Shown piece by piece: positions 19,462-30,116 of a stretch of DNA of 64,000 bases. The notes beneath the pieces were generated by a model. That model worked only from the letters and a program-made list of their open reading frames with translations. It made no database searches and was not told the origin of the DNA. Location: assembly GCA_964503885.1 (NCBI GenBank), contig CAZDCD010000013.1, positions 50,696 to 114,695 on the forward strand. Direction: 5' to 3'. A program made the position numbers and the translations under genes. Source of the stretch: an uncultured Bacteroidales bacterium (lineage in GTDB: Bacteria > Bacteroidota > Bacteroidia > Bacteroidales > UBA10428). Position 1 is the first letter of the stretch. Every line of letters starts with the position of its first letter.

Positions 19462-20298
19462 TCAACCGGTTGATAATTTTTCTGTTCTGGCGGCTTCCCA
19501 ACCTATTATAGCCTGTTTCCGGATAACATCCCAGCGGTACCCGCCAGGAAGTCCGGTACTTTTTATCACCCTATGGCAGGGGATCAGGTAAGCTACCGGA
19601 TTTTTTCCTATGGCTGCCCCGGTCGCCCTCTGCGCCTGAGGATAACCAGTGTAACCGGCAATTGCCTGGTAGGTGGTAAGTTTTCCTTCCGGAATCTGCA
19701 ACAATGCCCTCCATATCTTAAGCTGAAATGGTGATCCGTGAATATGCAGGTTTATGCGGGCTTTGTTCTTCAGCCCCATTTCAAAGAATTGCTTCACTTT
19801 CTCATGCAGTAAATCTTGTTCCTCGGTTATTTTCGCACGGGGCCATTCGTTTTTCAGCATGAAGATTGCCTGATCCGGATCATCCAAAAAGAACAGATTG
19901 CATATACCCTTTGATGTTGAGGCGGTTACATAGCGTCCAAATATTGAGGGATAAATTCCAAATCTGATTGTCAGGTTCATTCCGCCATTTCTGTATTCCC
20001 CGGGTGTCATACCCTCGATAGTTACAAACAGGTCGTGCAACCTTCCGGTACCGGATAAACCCGATTCAAATGAAGCTTGCAGAAGAGAAATATCCTTCGT
20101 TAACATCGATTTGACATACTCAAGCGTAAGAAACTGTATGAATTTTTTAGGGCTGATGCCGGCCCATTCACTGAAAATCCGCTGAAAATGAAAAGGGCTC
20201 ATGGATACATGATCAGCGATCTCTTCAAGCGAAGGCTGCTCTTTATATTGTTGCTGAATGTAACCAATAGCTTTAGCTATCTTGTCGTAGTGATCCAT
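19462..20298 (-). CDS. Ada-like bifunctional AraC-type regulator / methylated-DNA-protein-cysteine methyltransferase
   Basis: N-terminal HTH_AraC (SLEEIADHVSMSPFHFQRIFSEWAGISPKKF). C-terminal MGMT domain with active site IPCHRV. ATG at 20298; the track start is TTG 20310. Confidence 0.88.
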   Translation of the reverse strand: MDHYDKIAKAIGYIQQQYKEQPSLEEIADHVSMSPFHFQRIFSEWAGISPKKFIQFLTLEYVKSMLTKDISLLQASFESGLSGTGRLHDLFVTIEGMTPGEYRNGGMNLTIRFGIYPSIFGRYVTASTSKGICNLFFLDDPDQAIFMLKNEWPRAKITEEQDLLHEKVKQFFEMGLKNKARINLHIHGSPFQLKIWRALLQIPEGKLTTYQAIAGYTGYPQAQRATGAAIGKNPVAYLIPCHRVIKSTGLPGGYRWDVIRKQAIIGWEAARTEKLSTG

Positions 20299-20375
20299 TT
20301 TTTTCGGCAAAGGAAATACGGATTGATGAATTGTACAACCCGATAATTGCGGATCTTGTCAGATCGGATACCGTT

Positions 20376-21470
20376 TCAGACAGATGTCTTCAGGCTACTT
20401 CTTGTTTCAAAATCCTCAATAGCAAGAGATATTAACCTGTCGATAAGTTCTTTGTATGACACACCGCTATACTCCCACAATTTCGGGTACATGCTTATTT
20501 CTGTAAAACCGGGTATGGTATTTATTTCATTCACATAAATCGTTGCATCGGGACTGAGGAACATATCTACTCTTGCCATTCCTGAACACTCAAGAATTCT
20601 GAATGTCTTAACAGCCATCTCCTGCATTTTTTTTTTGATGTTTTCAGGAATGCTGGCCGGGATTTCAAGCAAAGCGCCGTGTTCATTGATATACTTGGCA
20701 GAATAGGAATAAAATTCTTCCCGGGGTATGATTTCACCAAGGGCCGAAGCCATGGGGAGTTCATTACCCAGAACGGCGCATTCAATTTCACGGCCTTTTA
20801 TCTCCTCTTCAACCAGAACCTTAAGGTCATACCGGAAAGCCTCCTCAATAGCCTGGTCATACGTTTCTTCATCTTTCGCCTTGGATATGCCTACTGACGA
20901 TCCCAGGTTGACGGGTTTTACGAATACAGGAGAACCAAGTTCAGATCGAATCCTGGTATATGGATAATCCTTTTTGTTTGCATGATTAAGCACGATGAAC
21001 CTGGCATTGGGAATACCCGCGTCCCGCATCAGCCGTTTCATTACATCTTTGTCCATTCCCACCGCTGAACCCAGAATTCCGGCACCCACACAGGGAATAT
21101 TGGCCAGTTTTGCCAGACCCTGTATTGTTCCGTCTTCTCCATAGGGACCATGCAATACAGGAAAAATCACGTCGATAGTTGAAACTGGTTTTTGTTTACC
21201 GAGGTTAACAAGCTGACTGCTCTTACCGGTTGGTGTGAGGGCAACTTCATTTTCACCCTGGTTAAGCTGTATCAGTTTCGGATTATCAGCATTCAGCAGT
21301 TGCATGGAATTTTCATTCAGGAACCACCTGCCGTCGCGGTCGATACCGATGAGCACCGGATCGTATTTCTTCCTGTCGAGTGATTCAATTACGTTTTTGG
21401 CCGACTGCAACGACACTTCGTGTTCGGCCGAACGGCCTCCGAAAATAATGGCTACCTTGATCTTGCCCAT
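20376..21470 (-). CDS. ddl: D-alanine--D-alanine ligase
   Basis: 364 aa. VAIIFGGRSAEHEVSLQSA, HGPYGEDGTIQG. ATP-grasp C-terminal half ending NEINTIPGFT. Confidence 0.95.
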   Translation of the reverse strand: MGKIKVAIIFGGRSAEHEVSLQSAKNVIESLDRKKYDPVLIGIDRDGRWFLNENSMQLLNADNPKLIQLNQGENEVALTPTGKSSQLVNLGKQKPVSTIDVIFPVLHGPYGEDGTIQGLAKLANIPCVGAGILGSAVGMDKDVMKRLMRDAGIPNARFIVLNHANKKDYPYTRIRSELGSPVFVKPVNLGSSVGISKAKDEETYDQAIEEAFRYDLKVLVEEEIKGREIECAVLGNELPMASALGEIIPREEFYSYSAKYINEHGALLEIPASIPENIKKKMQEMAVKTFRILECSGMARVDMFLSPDATIYVNEINTIPGFTEISMYPKLWEYSGVSYKELIDRLISLAIEDFETRSSLKTSV

Positions 21471-21605
21471 AATGATATTTTATACAAACATAGCAGAAGT
21501 ATGGTTAGGATGAAATAAAAATTTTAAACAATGGTCAGTGTTCACAACAATTTTCCCAAATTCCCTATATTTATACAATTTATTCCCTGAACAATAATAG
21601 TTACT

Positions 21606-23171
21606 ATGGCAAACCTGTTTGGCAAATACATGGCCGGCATTGTTAAGGAGCTGTCATACCGAAGAATACTCAATATATTCGGTGCCGTTGTATTGCTGGT
21701 TATCCTTCACAATATAGCCATCAGGGATTACCTCTTGTTTCACGTTCTCGTGGAAATATTCTCAATCATCGTTGCATTTGCCTTGTTTATTATTACCTGG
21801 AATTCCAAAAATATTCTCGATAACAGTTACCTGATCATCATTGGAATTGCAGCCTTTTTTATTGGTCTGCTTGATTTGTTCCATGCCTTGTCATATAAGG
21901 GGATGAATTTTCTTTTCGATTCTGCAAACTATGCCAGTGAATTCTGGATCGCCGCGCGTTTCTTTACAGCAGTGATCTTTCTTACTGGATTCTACTTTCT
22001 GAACAGTAAGATCAGGTTATCGTATGAATTGCTTTTCCTGATTTATTCTGTGGTTACTATTCTGATAATCTTATCTATCCTGTACTGGAAGATTTTCCCG
22101 GTTTGTTATGTGGAGAATTTCGGCCAGACCAGGTTTAAAATAGTGAGTGAATATGTGATTATCCTGGTATTTCTTCTGACCATCTATTTTCTTTTAAAAA
22201 ACCGGCACAATTTTTATAAAGATGTATATTATTTTCTTTTGCTGACACTTATTTTTTCCGTAGCCGCTGAATTATGCTTTTCACTCTATTTTTCGGTTTA
22301 TGGATTGTTTAACCAGTTAGGGCATTATTTTAAGCTGGCCGCATATTTTATGCTCTATAAAGCCATTGTTGAAACAGCCTTTCTGAAACCCAATGAGATC
22401 ATTTACCGCAATCTGGCGAAAAGCCGTGAAAAAATTAATCAGATCAACAAACAGTTGCAGGATCAGATCAATACCCGTGACAAACTTTTTTCGGTTATAG
22501 CCCACGATCTGAGGAGTCCGTTTACTGCCCTGATCTGGTATGCAGAGCTGCTATACAAAGAGGGAGACAAATTAACTCCGGAAAAGATCAGGGAATACAA
22601 CGAGGTAATATTGAAGATTGCGAACAATACTATTTCATTGCTTGAAAATCTGCTTGACTGGGCCAGGCTGAAGTCAGGTACCACACAAACATTTTTTACC
22701 CATCTTAATATACAGGAAGTTATCCGGGAAACTGCGGCAATGTACTCATGGATCGCCAGAAATAAGAACATTGCTTTGCAAACCGATATCGATAAGGATG
22801 CAGATTGGGTTTATGCAGACAGGGAAATGGTTAAAACTATTCTCCGTAACCTTATATCCAATGCCCTGAAATTTACACATAAGGGAGGTACAGTTACCCT
22901 GATGGCATCAGGGTTCAATGGTCATATTAAGATTACTGTAAAGGACACAGGAATTGGCATTGATACTTTAGAAATGAATAAACTTTTCACAGAGGACAAT
23001 AGCCATACCACACGGGGAACCGATAATGAGAAAGGTTCGGGCCTTGGGCTGCATTTATGTATGGAATTTGTGGAAAAAAACAACGGAAAGATCTGGGTGG
23101 AAAGTGAAAAAGGGACAGGTACCAGTTTTATATTCACCCTGCCGAAGGCGACAGGTACTCCGGCAGAATAG
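21606..23171 (+). CDS. Sensor histidine kinase with polytopic (about 7-8 TM) N-terminal sensor domain
   Basis: 521 aa. H-box FSVIAHDLRSPF. N box LISNALKFT. G boxes DTGIGI and GSGLGL. No adjacent response regulator. Confidence 0.9.
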   Translation: MANLFGKYMAGIVKELSYRRILNIFGAVVLLVILHNIAIRDYLLFHVLVEIFSIIVAFALFIITWNSKNILDNSYLIIIGIAAFFIGLLDLFHALSYKGMNFLFDSANYASEFWIAARFFTAVIFLTGFYFLNSKIRLSYELLFLIYSVVTILIILSILYWKIFPVCYVENFGQTRFKIVSEYVIILVFLLTIYFLLKNRHNFYKDVYYFLLLTLIFSVAAELCFSLYFSVYGLFNQLGHYFKLAAYFMLYKAIVETAFLKPNEIIYRNLAKSREKINQINKQLQDQINTRDKLFSVIAHDLRSPFTALIWYAELLYKEGDKLTPEKIREYNEVILKIANNTISLLENLLDWARLKSGTTQTFFTHLNIQEVIRETAAMYSWIARNKNIALQTDIDKDADWVYADREMVKTILRNLISNALKFTHKGGTVTLMASGFNGHIKITVKDTGIGIDTLEMNKLFTEDNSHTTRGTDNEKGSGLGLHLCMEFVEKNNGKIWVESEKGTGTSFIFTLPKATGTPAE

Positions 23172-23469
23172 AGAGGCGGGTTGATACGCTGACAAGGCAT
23201 TCCGGCCGGGAATTTCAGTTTCGGTATTATTCAGGATACCTGCCCGACATCTGGCGCTTCATCATCCAACCAGGGTATTCAGGAAGAAGTTCGCTTATTT
23301 CATCGGCGGTTAGGTGTAATTTCACAGAAGCCATGTTATCCATTAGCTGTTCATTTCCATTATTTTCTGATAATTCTTCACAAATCAATAGTATACCTGC
23401 AGTTTACCGCATCAACGGAATATGCTTATGCAACCAGTTTAAATTTTCCTTGTCGTTACTATAAAATGA

Positions 23470-25803
23470 ATGAGCATGAAGAAAATTGTTGGCTTGGTTA
23501 TAGTATTATGTTTCATACTAAATGAAACGCAGGCACAAACACTTCAACAGACTATTCGCGGATCGGTTGTGGATAAAGACACAAGGTTGCCGTTAGTAGG
23601 GGTTAACCTTGTGATTGAGCCATCAGATCCTCCTGCAGGTGCCGTTACCGATTTTAAAGGTGAATTTATTTTTGATAAATTGAATGTGGGCAGATACAAC
23701 CTTATAATCGGCTACCTTGGTTATGAATCAAAAACAATACCTAATGTAGTTTTGGATGCCGGTAAAGAAGTTGTTCTTGAAATCGAGCTCACCGAATCGG
23801 TGCTTGAACTTGATGCGGTAGTCATTAATGGAAAAGCTCATAAAGCAGAGGCATTAAACAAGATGAGCTCGGTAAGTGCAAGGTCATTTACCATAGAAGA
23901 AACCAAACGCTATGCAGGAAGCATCAGCGACCCTGCGCGTGCTGCAATGTCGTATGCAGGTGTCACAGGCGATCCGGGGGGCGATAATTCCATTATCATA
24001 CGTGGCAATTCCCCACGTGGTTTATTGTGGCGTCTCGAAGGGATTGAGATCCCCAATCCGAATCATTTTGCCGAAGAAGGTTCTACAGGAGGACCAATAA
24101 GCATTTTAAACAGTACAACATTAGATAATTCTGACTTTTTTACCGGGGCTTTTCCTGCCGAATATGGCAACGCCTATTCGGGAGTATTTGACATAAACCT
24201 GCGTAAAGGCAACAACCAGAAGCACGAATATTCTTTTCAGGCCGGATTTCTGGGTACGGATTGTTCTATGGAGGGTCCTTTCAGCAAAGATTATTCAGGA
24301 TCATATCTGATTAATTATCGCTATTCCACACTGGCTATTCTTAATTCAATTGGTGTAAAGATAGCCGGTGATGCGGTACCCAAATTTCAGGATCTGACAT
24401 ATAAAATATATCTGCCGGCAAACAAGTTGGGAACATTTACACTTTTTGGAATAGGAGGAATTAGCAATATACATGAAACAGGTAATTACTGGACAAACGA
24501 CTTTGGATCAGGAATGGGTGCTACAGGATTGAGTCATCTTTTCCATTTGAATGAAAGCACGTATATAAAAAGCACGCTGGTCTTTACAGGAAGCATGAAT
24601 AATTGGAAATATACAGAGGATGACAGTTCAACAAACTTCTATTATGAAGGACAGGATGATTTCATCTATAAAACCATTAGGGGATCGGTTTCATTAAGTA
24701 AAAAATTCAATGCTGCAAATACAATTAAAACAGGTATTATATACAGCGACCTGAGCTTCAACCTATACAACAGGGAATATTCGATCGAGGATAAAGAACT
24801 GATTACACATTTGAACAGAAGCGGAAGTACCGGCCTGTGGCAGGGATACGTGAACTGGAAATTCAGGCCGGCAGAAAAGCTAACCGTGAACAGCGGGATG
24901 CACGCCATGTATTTTTTGCTCAATGATCGCTATTCGATTGAACCACGCATAGGACTGAGGTGGGAGTTGAATCCCATGAATATTCTTAGTGCCGGCTTTG
25001 GTATACACAGCAAGATAGAAACATTAACCAACTACTATGCGCAACATGAACTCCCGGACGGCACTTACGAAATGCCAAACAAAAATCTCGATCTGGCACA
25101 TGCAAATCATTATGTAATCGGATATGAAAAAAGGCTTTCAAAAAACCTGTACCTGAAGTTTGAGGTCTATTATCAGGATTTATACCATGTGCCTGTTGAA
25201 GATAATGATACCAGTTATATTTCAGCACTTAATTACACTTCAGGCTATACATCAACGCCGTTTGCCAACAAAGGAACCGGCAGGAACTATGGGATTGAGC
25301 TAACCGTTGAGCGTTTTTTTGCCAGCCACTATTATTTCCTGTTTACCGCCTCCCTATATGATTCACGCTATGTTGCCGGAGATGGTATTGAAAGAAATAC
25401 AGCCTTTAATGGCAACTATGTCACTAATATTTTGGCAGGTAAGGAGTTCCCGGTTGGACGAAAGGAATCGGGTAATACATTGAATATTAGCACCAGAGGA
25501 ATATTGGCAGGAGGAAGAAGGTTTACACCAATTAACCGCGTTGAATCTGAAAATGCCGGGTATACGATCAGAGACTGGCATCAGCCACTGGCCGCACAGT
25601 ATGACGATTTTAACAGGATTGATTTAAAGATTACTTTTAAAAGAAACAGGAAAGCAACAACAAGGTATTGGGAACTTGACATTCAAAATGTTACAAACAG
25701 GCTGAATGTTGCAGGCGATTACTGGGACAGGGAAATCAATGATATAAATACATGGACCCAGCTTGGATTCGTTCCGGTATTTAATTACCGGATTGAATTT
25801 TGA
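23470..25803 (+). CDS. TonB-dependent receptor with CarboxypepD_reg-like N-domain (no SusD partner)
   Basis: 777 aa. Signal peptide. GSVVDKDTRLPLVGVNLVI (CarbopepD_reg). Plug region RYAGSISDPARAAMSYAGV...IRGNSPRGLLWRLEGIEIPNPNHF. C-terminal aromatic residue (YRIEF). Confidence 0.88.
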   Translation: MSMKKIVGLVIVLCFILNETQAQTLQQTIRGSVVDKDTRLPLVGVNLVIEPSDPPAGAVTDFKGEFIFDKLNVGRYNLIIGYLGYESKTIPNVVLDAGKEVVLEIELTESVLELDAVVINGKAHKAEALNKMSSVSARSFTIEETKRYAGSISDPARAAMSYAGVTGDPGGDNSIIIRGNSPRGLLWRLEGIEIPNPNHFAEEGSTGGPISILNSTTLDNSDFFTGAFPAEYGNAYSGVFDINLRKGNNQKHEYSFQAGFLGTDCSMEGPFSKDYSGSYLINYRYSTLAILNSIGVKIAGDAVPKFQDLTYKIYLPANKLGTFTLFGIGGISNIHETGNYWTNDFGSGMGATGLSHLFHLNESTYIKSTLVFTGSMNNWKYTEDDSSTNFYYEGQDDFIYKTIRGSVSLSKKFNAANTIKTGIIYSDLSFNLYNREYSIEDKELITHLNRSGSTGLWQGYVNWKFRPAEKLTVNSGMHAMYFLLNDRYSIEPRIGLRWELNPMNILSAGFGIHSKIETLTNYYAQHELPDGTYEMPNKNLDLAHANHYVIGYEKRLSKNLYLKFEVYYQDLYHVPVEDNDTSYISALNYTSGYTSTPFANKGTGRNYGIELTVERFFASHYYFLFTASLYDSRYVAGDGIERNTAFNGNYVTNILAGKEFPVGRKESGNTLNISTRGILAGGRRFTPINRVESENAGYTIRDWHQPLAAQYDDFNRIDLKITFKRNRKATTRYWELDIQNVTNRLNVAGDYWDREINDINTWTQLGFVPVFNYRIEF

Positions 25804-25841
25804 ATAGAAAGTTTTAATTTATTACCTATTCAGTGTGATTT

Positions 25842-26147
25842 TTATTTTCCAACTATTTTAAACTTTAAAAGAAGATCGTCGAAATGTGGAGCATCGCCCA
25901 TTTCGGCAGTCAGATCCTTTCCCGCATCATGAATGATCCAGTGGCTGCCGTTCTTCCAGTGAAAACTTCCGGTAACATCGTAAACCAGCCCCTTATAACC
26001 CACATATGTAGGTCGGCCGTCTTTTCCGTTAAAAAAAGTAAGTTCTTCAGGTGTATATTCCCGATTCAAAATAGCGCTTCTATTGGTGTACCTGTAAAAA
26101 TAGTATTGCCTGCCGACATAAAAAAACCTGCTGTGAATTTGGATCAC
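25842..26147 (-). CDS. Cytochrome b5-like heme/steroid-binding domain protein
   Basis: YTPEELTFFNGKDGRPTYVGYKGLVYDVTGSFHWKNGSHWIIHDAGKDLT matches the Cyt-b5/MAPR fold pattern. The start codon is uncertain. Confidence 0.65.
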   Translation of the reverse strand: MIQIHSRFFYVGRQYYFYRYTNRSAILNREYTPEELTFFNGKDGRPTYVGYKGLVYDVTGSFHWKNGSHWIIHDAGKDLTAEMGDAPHFDDLLLKFKIVGK

Positions 26148-26348
26148 AGCAGGTTCCTTAAAGCTTTTTCTCAGGTAATGAATTTTGTTACCTTAGTTGG
26201 TCATGAACTTACTGATATTATGGAGAACCTACCTCAACAGATTAAGGAAAAGCGCCACTATAAAAAAATAGAAGTGCAATAAGAAACCGGACTAAAATCG
26301 CGGAAATACTTTTATTGTAAATCTTGCTTAATTGCTAAAATAAAAGAT

Positions 26349-26356
26349 TACCTTTG
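26349..26356 (+). promoter_or_regulatory. Candidate -7 box (TACCTTTG) for the RRM protein gene
   Basis: Exact TAnnTTTG match about 100 nt upstream of ATG 26455, implying a long AU-rich 5' leader. Confidence 0.4.
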
Positions 26357-26454
26357 CAGCATAGAAAATTATGTACTGCTTTTCGAAATACTATTGAAAT
26401 TGCCTTCCTACGTGATTCTCTATTCAATTTATTTACTTTATTAATTATTTTTTT

Positions 26455-26742
26455 ATGAACATTTTTGTAGCAAAATTAAGTTCCTCTACTACAAGTGAGG
26501 ATTTGCAGGAACTCTTTAGTGAGTATGGAGAAGTAACCTCAGCTAAGGTAATTAGCGATAAACTTACCGGGTATTCAAAACGGTTTGGTTTTGTTGAGAT
26601 GAGTAACGACAGTGAAGCATTGAATGCCATCAAGGAATTGGATTCCTGCAGTTACGACAATTCTACCATCGTTGTGAAAAAAGCAAGACCAAAAGAAGAG
26701 AATCAGAAAAGAGAAAAATTCAGTTATAACAACAGGTATTGA
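26455..26742 (+). CDS. RNA-binding protein, single RRM domain
   Basis: 95 aa. RNP2 NIFVAKL and RNP1 KRFGFVEM. Confidence 0.9.
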   Translation: MNIFVAKLSSSTTSEDLQELFSEYGEVTSAKVISDKLTGYSKRFGFVEMSNDSEALNAIKELDSCSYDNSTIVVKKARPKEENQKREKFSYNNRY

Positions 26743-26777
26743 TTCATTTTTTGATACGAAATCTTTATTGAAACCAG

Positions 26778-26807
26778 GGTGCCTCAGCTAATGAGGCACC
26801 TTTTTTT
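26778..26807 (+). terminator. Rho-independent terminator after the RRM gene
   Basis: GGTGCCTCA (26778-26786) pairs with TGAGGCACC (26792-26800), followed by T7 (26801-26807). Confidence 0.85.
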
Positions 26808-26823
26808 ATCCGGATTTTTGGGA

Positions 26824-27981
26824 TTATCTGCTTTGTATTTGATCCCGACGCATTTTCAAATATTTCTGATAATACTTCTCCGTCAGGTCGTTCATCATCA
26901 GGCGGGCTTTTTCTTCCCGCTCGGTATATTCCTGTCTGGTTTCATCCTTTCTTTTGCCTCCAAAAAAATCGGACTGCGATATTTCATCGTCAATTTCATC
27001 CTGAAAATAATACCAGGCAAATATGCTTTTACTAAGTTTCCATAGCATTACTGTTTTGTCCGCAGATCCGCTGGCCAGATATTTACTGTCGGGACTGAAT
27101 CGTACCGTATTTACCGCATCTTCATGGTTGACAAACGAATACAGCTTGTTTCCGGTATATACTTCCCAGAGGATCACCGTTTTATCGGCGGAAGCGCTGG
27201 CAAGATAATACCCGTCAGGACTAAAAGCAATATCGACTACCCCTTTATCATGCCCGGTAAACGTTTTCAGTACGCTGCATGAATCGGCATCCCAAAGCCG
27301 TATAGTCTTGTCGAGCGAAGCACTGGCAAAGTATTTCCCGGAAGGATGGAACTTAACCGAAAGGATATTTCCGGAATGCCTGTCCATTTTTTTCAATTCA
27401 GTTCCGTCGGATGCATTCCACATCCTTACCGTTTCATCGAGTGATCCGCTCACAATGTATTTGCCATCCGGAGAGATGCAAACCGCCAGGGCGCTTTTCT
27501 CATGACCGTCGAGAGTTGCAGTTACCGTGCCGGTATTAAAATCCCAGACATTGATCTTTTTTGAAAATGATCCGGCCACAAGCCTTCCGGTTCTTTCATT
27601 ATACTCAAAAGACCATATGTGTGTGGTATACCCGCTGAATGCCCTGATGAGGTTACCCTGCAGATCAATCAGTTTTACATCCGGACCCGAAGCCACGAGT
27701 ATCCTGTTATCCCCTGTAAATTGCATGTATTTTACCGGAAAATAATTATTGCTGATGCTATACACCAATTCGCCTGATTCAACATCCCAGATGTTGATCA
27801 CCCTATCTTCTCCACCTGAAGCCAGGTATTTACCATCGTTTGTAAATGCCAGTGCATTTACCGCATCATTATGTTTTTTCAGTATATATACCAGGTTCTC
27901 GTCTTCCTGGCAATAAACCAATGCAGATGCGCCAAGCCATAAAAAAAAGAACATGTACCGTGAAAATATTTTCATAACCAT
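26824..27981 (-). CDS. Secreted WD40 beta-propeller repeat protein
   Basis: Signal peptide. About 7 repeats with GH...WD-type ends (INIWDV, VRMWNA, IRLWDA, VILWEV, VMLWKL). Confidence 0.85.
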   Translation of the reverse strand: MVMKIFSRYMFFFLWLGASALVYCQEDENLVYILKKHNDAVNALAFTNDGKYLASGGEDRVINIWDVESGELVYSISNNYFPVKYMQFTGDNRILVASGPDVKLIDLQGNLIRAFSGYTTHIWSFEYNERTGRLVAGSFSKKINVWDFNTGTVTATLDGHEKSALAVCISPDGKYIVSGSLDETVRMWNASDGTELKKMDRHSGNILSVKFHPSGKYFASASLDKTIRLWDADSCSVLKTFTGHDKGVVDIAFSPDGYYLASASADKTVILWEVYTGNKLYSFVNHEDAVNTVRFSPDSKYLASGSADKTVMLWKLSKSIFAWYYFQDEIDDEISQSDFFGGKRKDETRQEYTEREEKARLMMNDLTEKYYQKYLKMRRDQIQSR

Positions 27982-28056
27982 TATTTTTTATGTCAACCCT
28001 GTGAACGGGTTCTTAATCCCTGCATCGATGTCAGGCTCAGGATGAGATATCCGATG

Positions 28057-28875
28057 TCAATTACCTTTCGTTGATATGTCTGATCTAAGCCCTTCGGCTT
28101 TTGCAAGATATGCTTTCACTGATCCAACCAGTATTTTTGCTTCCACGAGAATGGGTACCCGGTTTTTGTCATCGGTTACCCACACGTATAAATCTTCACC
28201 TCCCTTAAATATGGTTCCTTCAACAAGAAAGGCCGAAAATTTCAGGCACTGGTATTTTTCCCCATTCCTGGTTTCAACGGCTTCTTTACCCAGGTAACGA
28301 ATATAAATATTGTAATATTCGTTGTCAATCAGCACGATAACCGGAATGGTATCTCTGACCTGCATATCTGAGAAATCGATGTTGCGGGCATAGTAAATCA
28401 GGCTTAACACGTCAAACGAACAGGGCACATACACCAATGTGTCTCTTTTGAATGGTTGTTTTGATGTTTCAGTAAATGAGAACACCTTTTTACGGGAGGG
28501 TTCGAACAGGTATACTTCATGTGCATTGTATCCTCCCTCACTGGTTTTCCGTTCAAACCAGAGTGGTTGCAGCGTTTCCTTATCCATGTAAGTCTCATAG
28601 CTGTCCCGTACCTTGAAAAACCAGTCATACCCCTTGTGACTTTGTCCGTAAGAATCGAAAAAGTAGGTATCACGGCCTTTATACTTCATGTTGTCTACTT
28701 TAAATTCAACCCATCCTGCACTCAACCACAAAAACCCCCAGTTATAGTAAACATCGTAGGTGACTTTTTCACCCACCCTGAAGGTGGTGTTTTGTTTGAA
28801 GCATTGTGCGTTCAACCCGCAGAATCCGGAACCAACAGCAAAAAGCAATAAATATTTTATAATGTAGGGCTTCAA
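28057..28875 (-). CDS. DUF3108-like secreted protein
   Basis: Signal peptide. FRVGEKVTYDVYYNWGFLWLSAGWVEFKV resembles the DUF3108 N-terminal signature. Recognised by eye only. Confidence 0.55.
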   Translation of the reverse strand: MKPYIIKYLLLFAVGSGFCGLNAQCFKQNTTFRVGEKVTYDVYYNWGFLWLSAGWVEFKVDNMKYKGRDTYFFDSYGQSHKGYDWFFKVRDSYETYMDKETLQPLWFERKTSEGGYNAHEVYLFEPSRKKVFSFTETSKQPFKRDTLVYVPCSFDVLSLIYYARNIDFSDMQVRDTIPVIVLIDNEYYNIYIRYLGKEAVETRNGEKYQCLKFSAFLVEGTIFKGGEDLYVWVTDDKNRVPILVEAKILVGSVKAYLAKAEGLRSDISTKGN

Positions 28876-28883
28876 ATTCGTAT

Positions 28884-30116
28884 TTAATTATATATACGTT
28901 GCCAAAGGCGTAAAGCGAACCGTAGTTCACGCATAAAAACCGCCAGGGTTAACATCGCTGTTGTACCGAGCATATGCTGAACCCCGCACAGCAGGATGAT
29001 CGTGAAAAGAACGATCATCAATATACTAACGATACAGAGACAAAGGTATAATTTATCTGTCTTAATTTTATGTGATATTAAGCCGGTTAAGAGAAATAAG
29101 TTCAACGGACTGGCCCATAACAGATTGATATTATTCTGCAATTCCGGGTGCCTGCTCCATATCCACAATGTGATAAGAAGCACGCCAAGCAAACCTGAAA
29201 ACCCGAATACAAACACGTCGATCCATACATAAAAAGGACCCCTGATCATTTCGAAAACTGAAATAAAAAAAAGCAAAAGGATCAACCCATATACAAACCA
29301 GGGGAATAATGTCTGTTTTGTAGGAGTCCGCTTGAATGCACTAAACAGTATTTCAGGTGAAAAGGCCAGGAATCTTGTCTTCTGATCTTCAATAATCCGG
29401 GCATGATCAATAGCATGCAATAAAATCCGGGGCAAAAACATGGATTTAAAGTGTGATACTATTTTATCGGCCCCCGGACCCAGTAAAATATCAACACCGG
29501 TATGGATCAACGGTCTTTCAGCCAGGTATGGGGCAATCATATCCCGGTATGATTGGCCCTTTATAAACCCGTTATGATTAAATTCAATTGAATCGATGCC
29601 AATCCGATAGAAAATATCCCTGATACGTGTTGAACAATTGTCGCCAAAGAACGCATACGGGTAGTGATAACCAATACCGACAAGCGAATCGAGTATACCT
29701 ATCAGCCTGGCTTTCTCACCAGTTGTTAGATTTAACTGTTGTTCATACAGTGTACGGTGCCCGATAAATGCTTCAACAAGAAGGTCAGCGAATTGATTTA
29801 CAGAAAGATAATATTGGAGGTCTCCCCGGATGAATTTCAGGTAGAAACCCCTTGTTGAGAAATCGAAGGCGCCGAAATTATATACCTTGTCGATATTCTC
29901 TGCCCGATCTGTAAAGCGTATTGCTGAATGGCCGAATACCGTGTAAAGCTCATGGCCCGGTTCGAGGGTAAGCACTGAAAAAGAAGAGGATGGTGATGGT
30001 GGTGATGAAAACACGGATATGCCGGATAATAAAAGAAGTATAAGAGGTACCGGCCATATCCTGATTGTACCGGAAGAAACCAAAAGGCGCAGTTTATTCA
30101 ACCTTCCCAGCTCCAT
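28884..30116 (-). CDS. DUF4105 (Lnb N-terminal-like) domain membrane protein
   Basis: LTLEPGHELYTVFGHSAIRF motif typical of DUF4105. C-terminal multi-TM region. Confidence 0.6.
   Translation of the reverse strand: MELGRLNKLRLLVSSGTIRIWPVPLILLLLSGISVFSSPPSPSSSFSVLTLEPGHELYTVFGHSAIRFTDRAENIDKVYNFGAFDFSTRGFYLKFIRGDLQYYLSVNQFADLLVEAFIGHRTLYEQQLNLTTGEKARLIGILDSLVGIGYHYPYAFFGDNCSTRIRDIFYRIGIDSIEFNHNGFIKGQSYRDMIAPYLAERPLIHTGVDILLGPGADKIVSHFKSMFLPRILLHAIDHARIIEDQKTRFLAFSPEILFSAFKRTPTKQTLFPWFVYGLILLLFFISVFEMIRGPFYVWIDVFVFGFSGLLGVLLITLWIWSRHPELQNNINLLWASPLNLFLLTGLISHKIKTDKLYLCLCIVSILMIVLFTIILLCGVQHMLGTTAMLTLAVFMRELRFALRLWQRIYN

Noticed and set aside
23227-23334. 35-codon minus-strand ORF MASVKLHLTADEISELLPEYPGWMMKRQMSGRYPE, whose first 22 residues resemble the N-terminus of pterin-4a-carbinolamine dehydratases.
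   Set aside because: It is far shorter than the ~95-110-aa family. The similarity ends at PGW, no continuation exists in other frames, and it abuts the histidine-kinase 3' end. At best it is a gene fragment, too weak to annotate.
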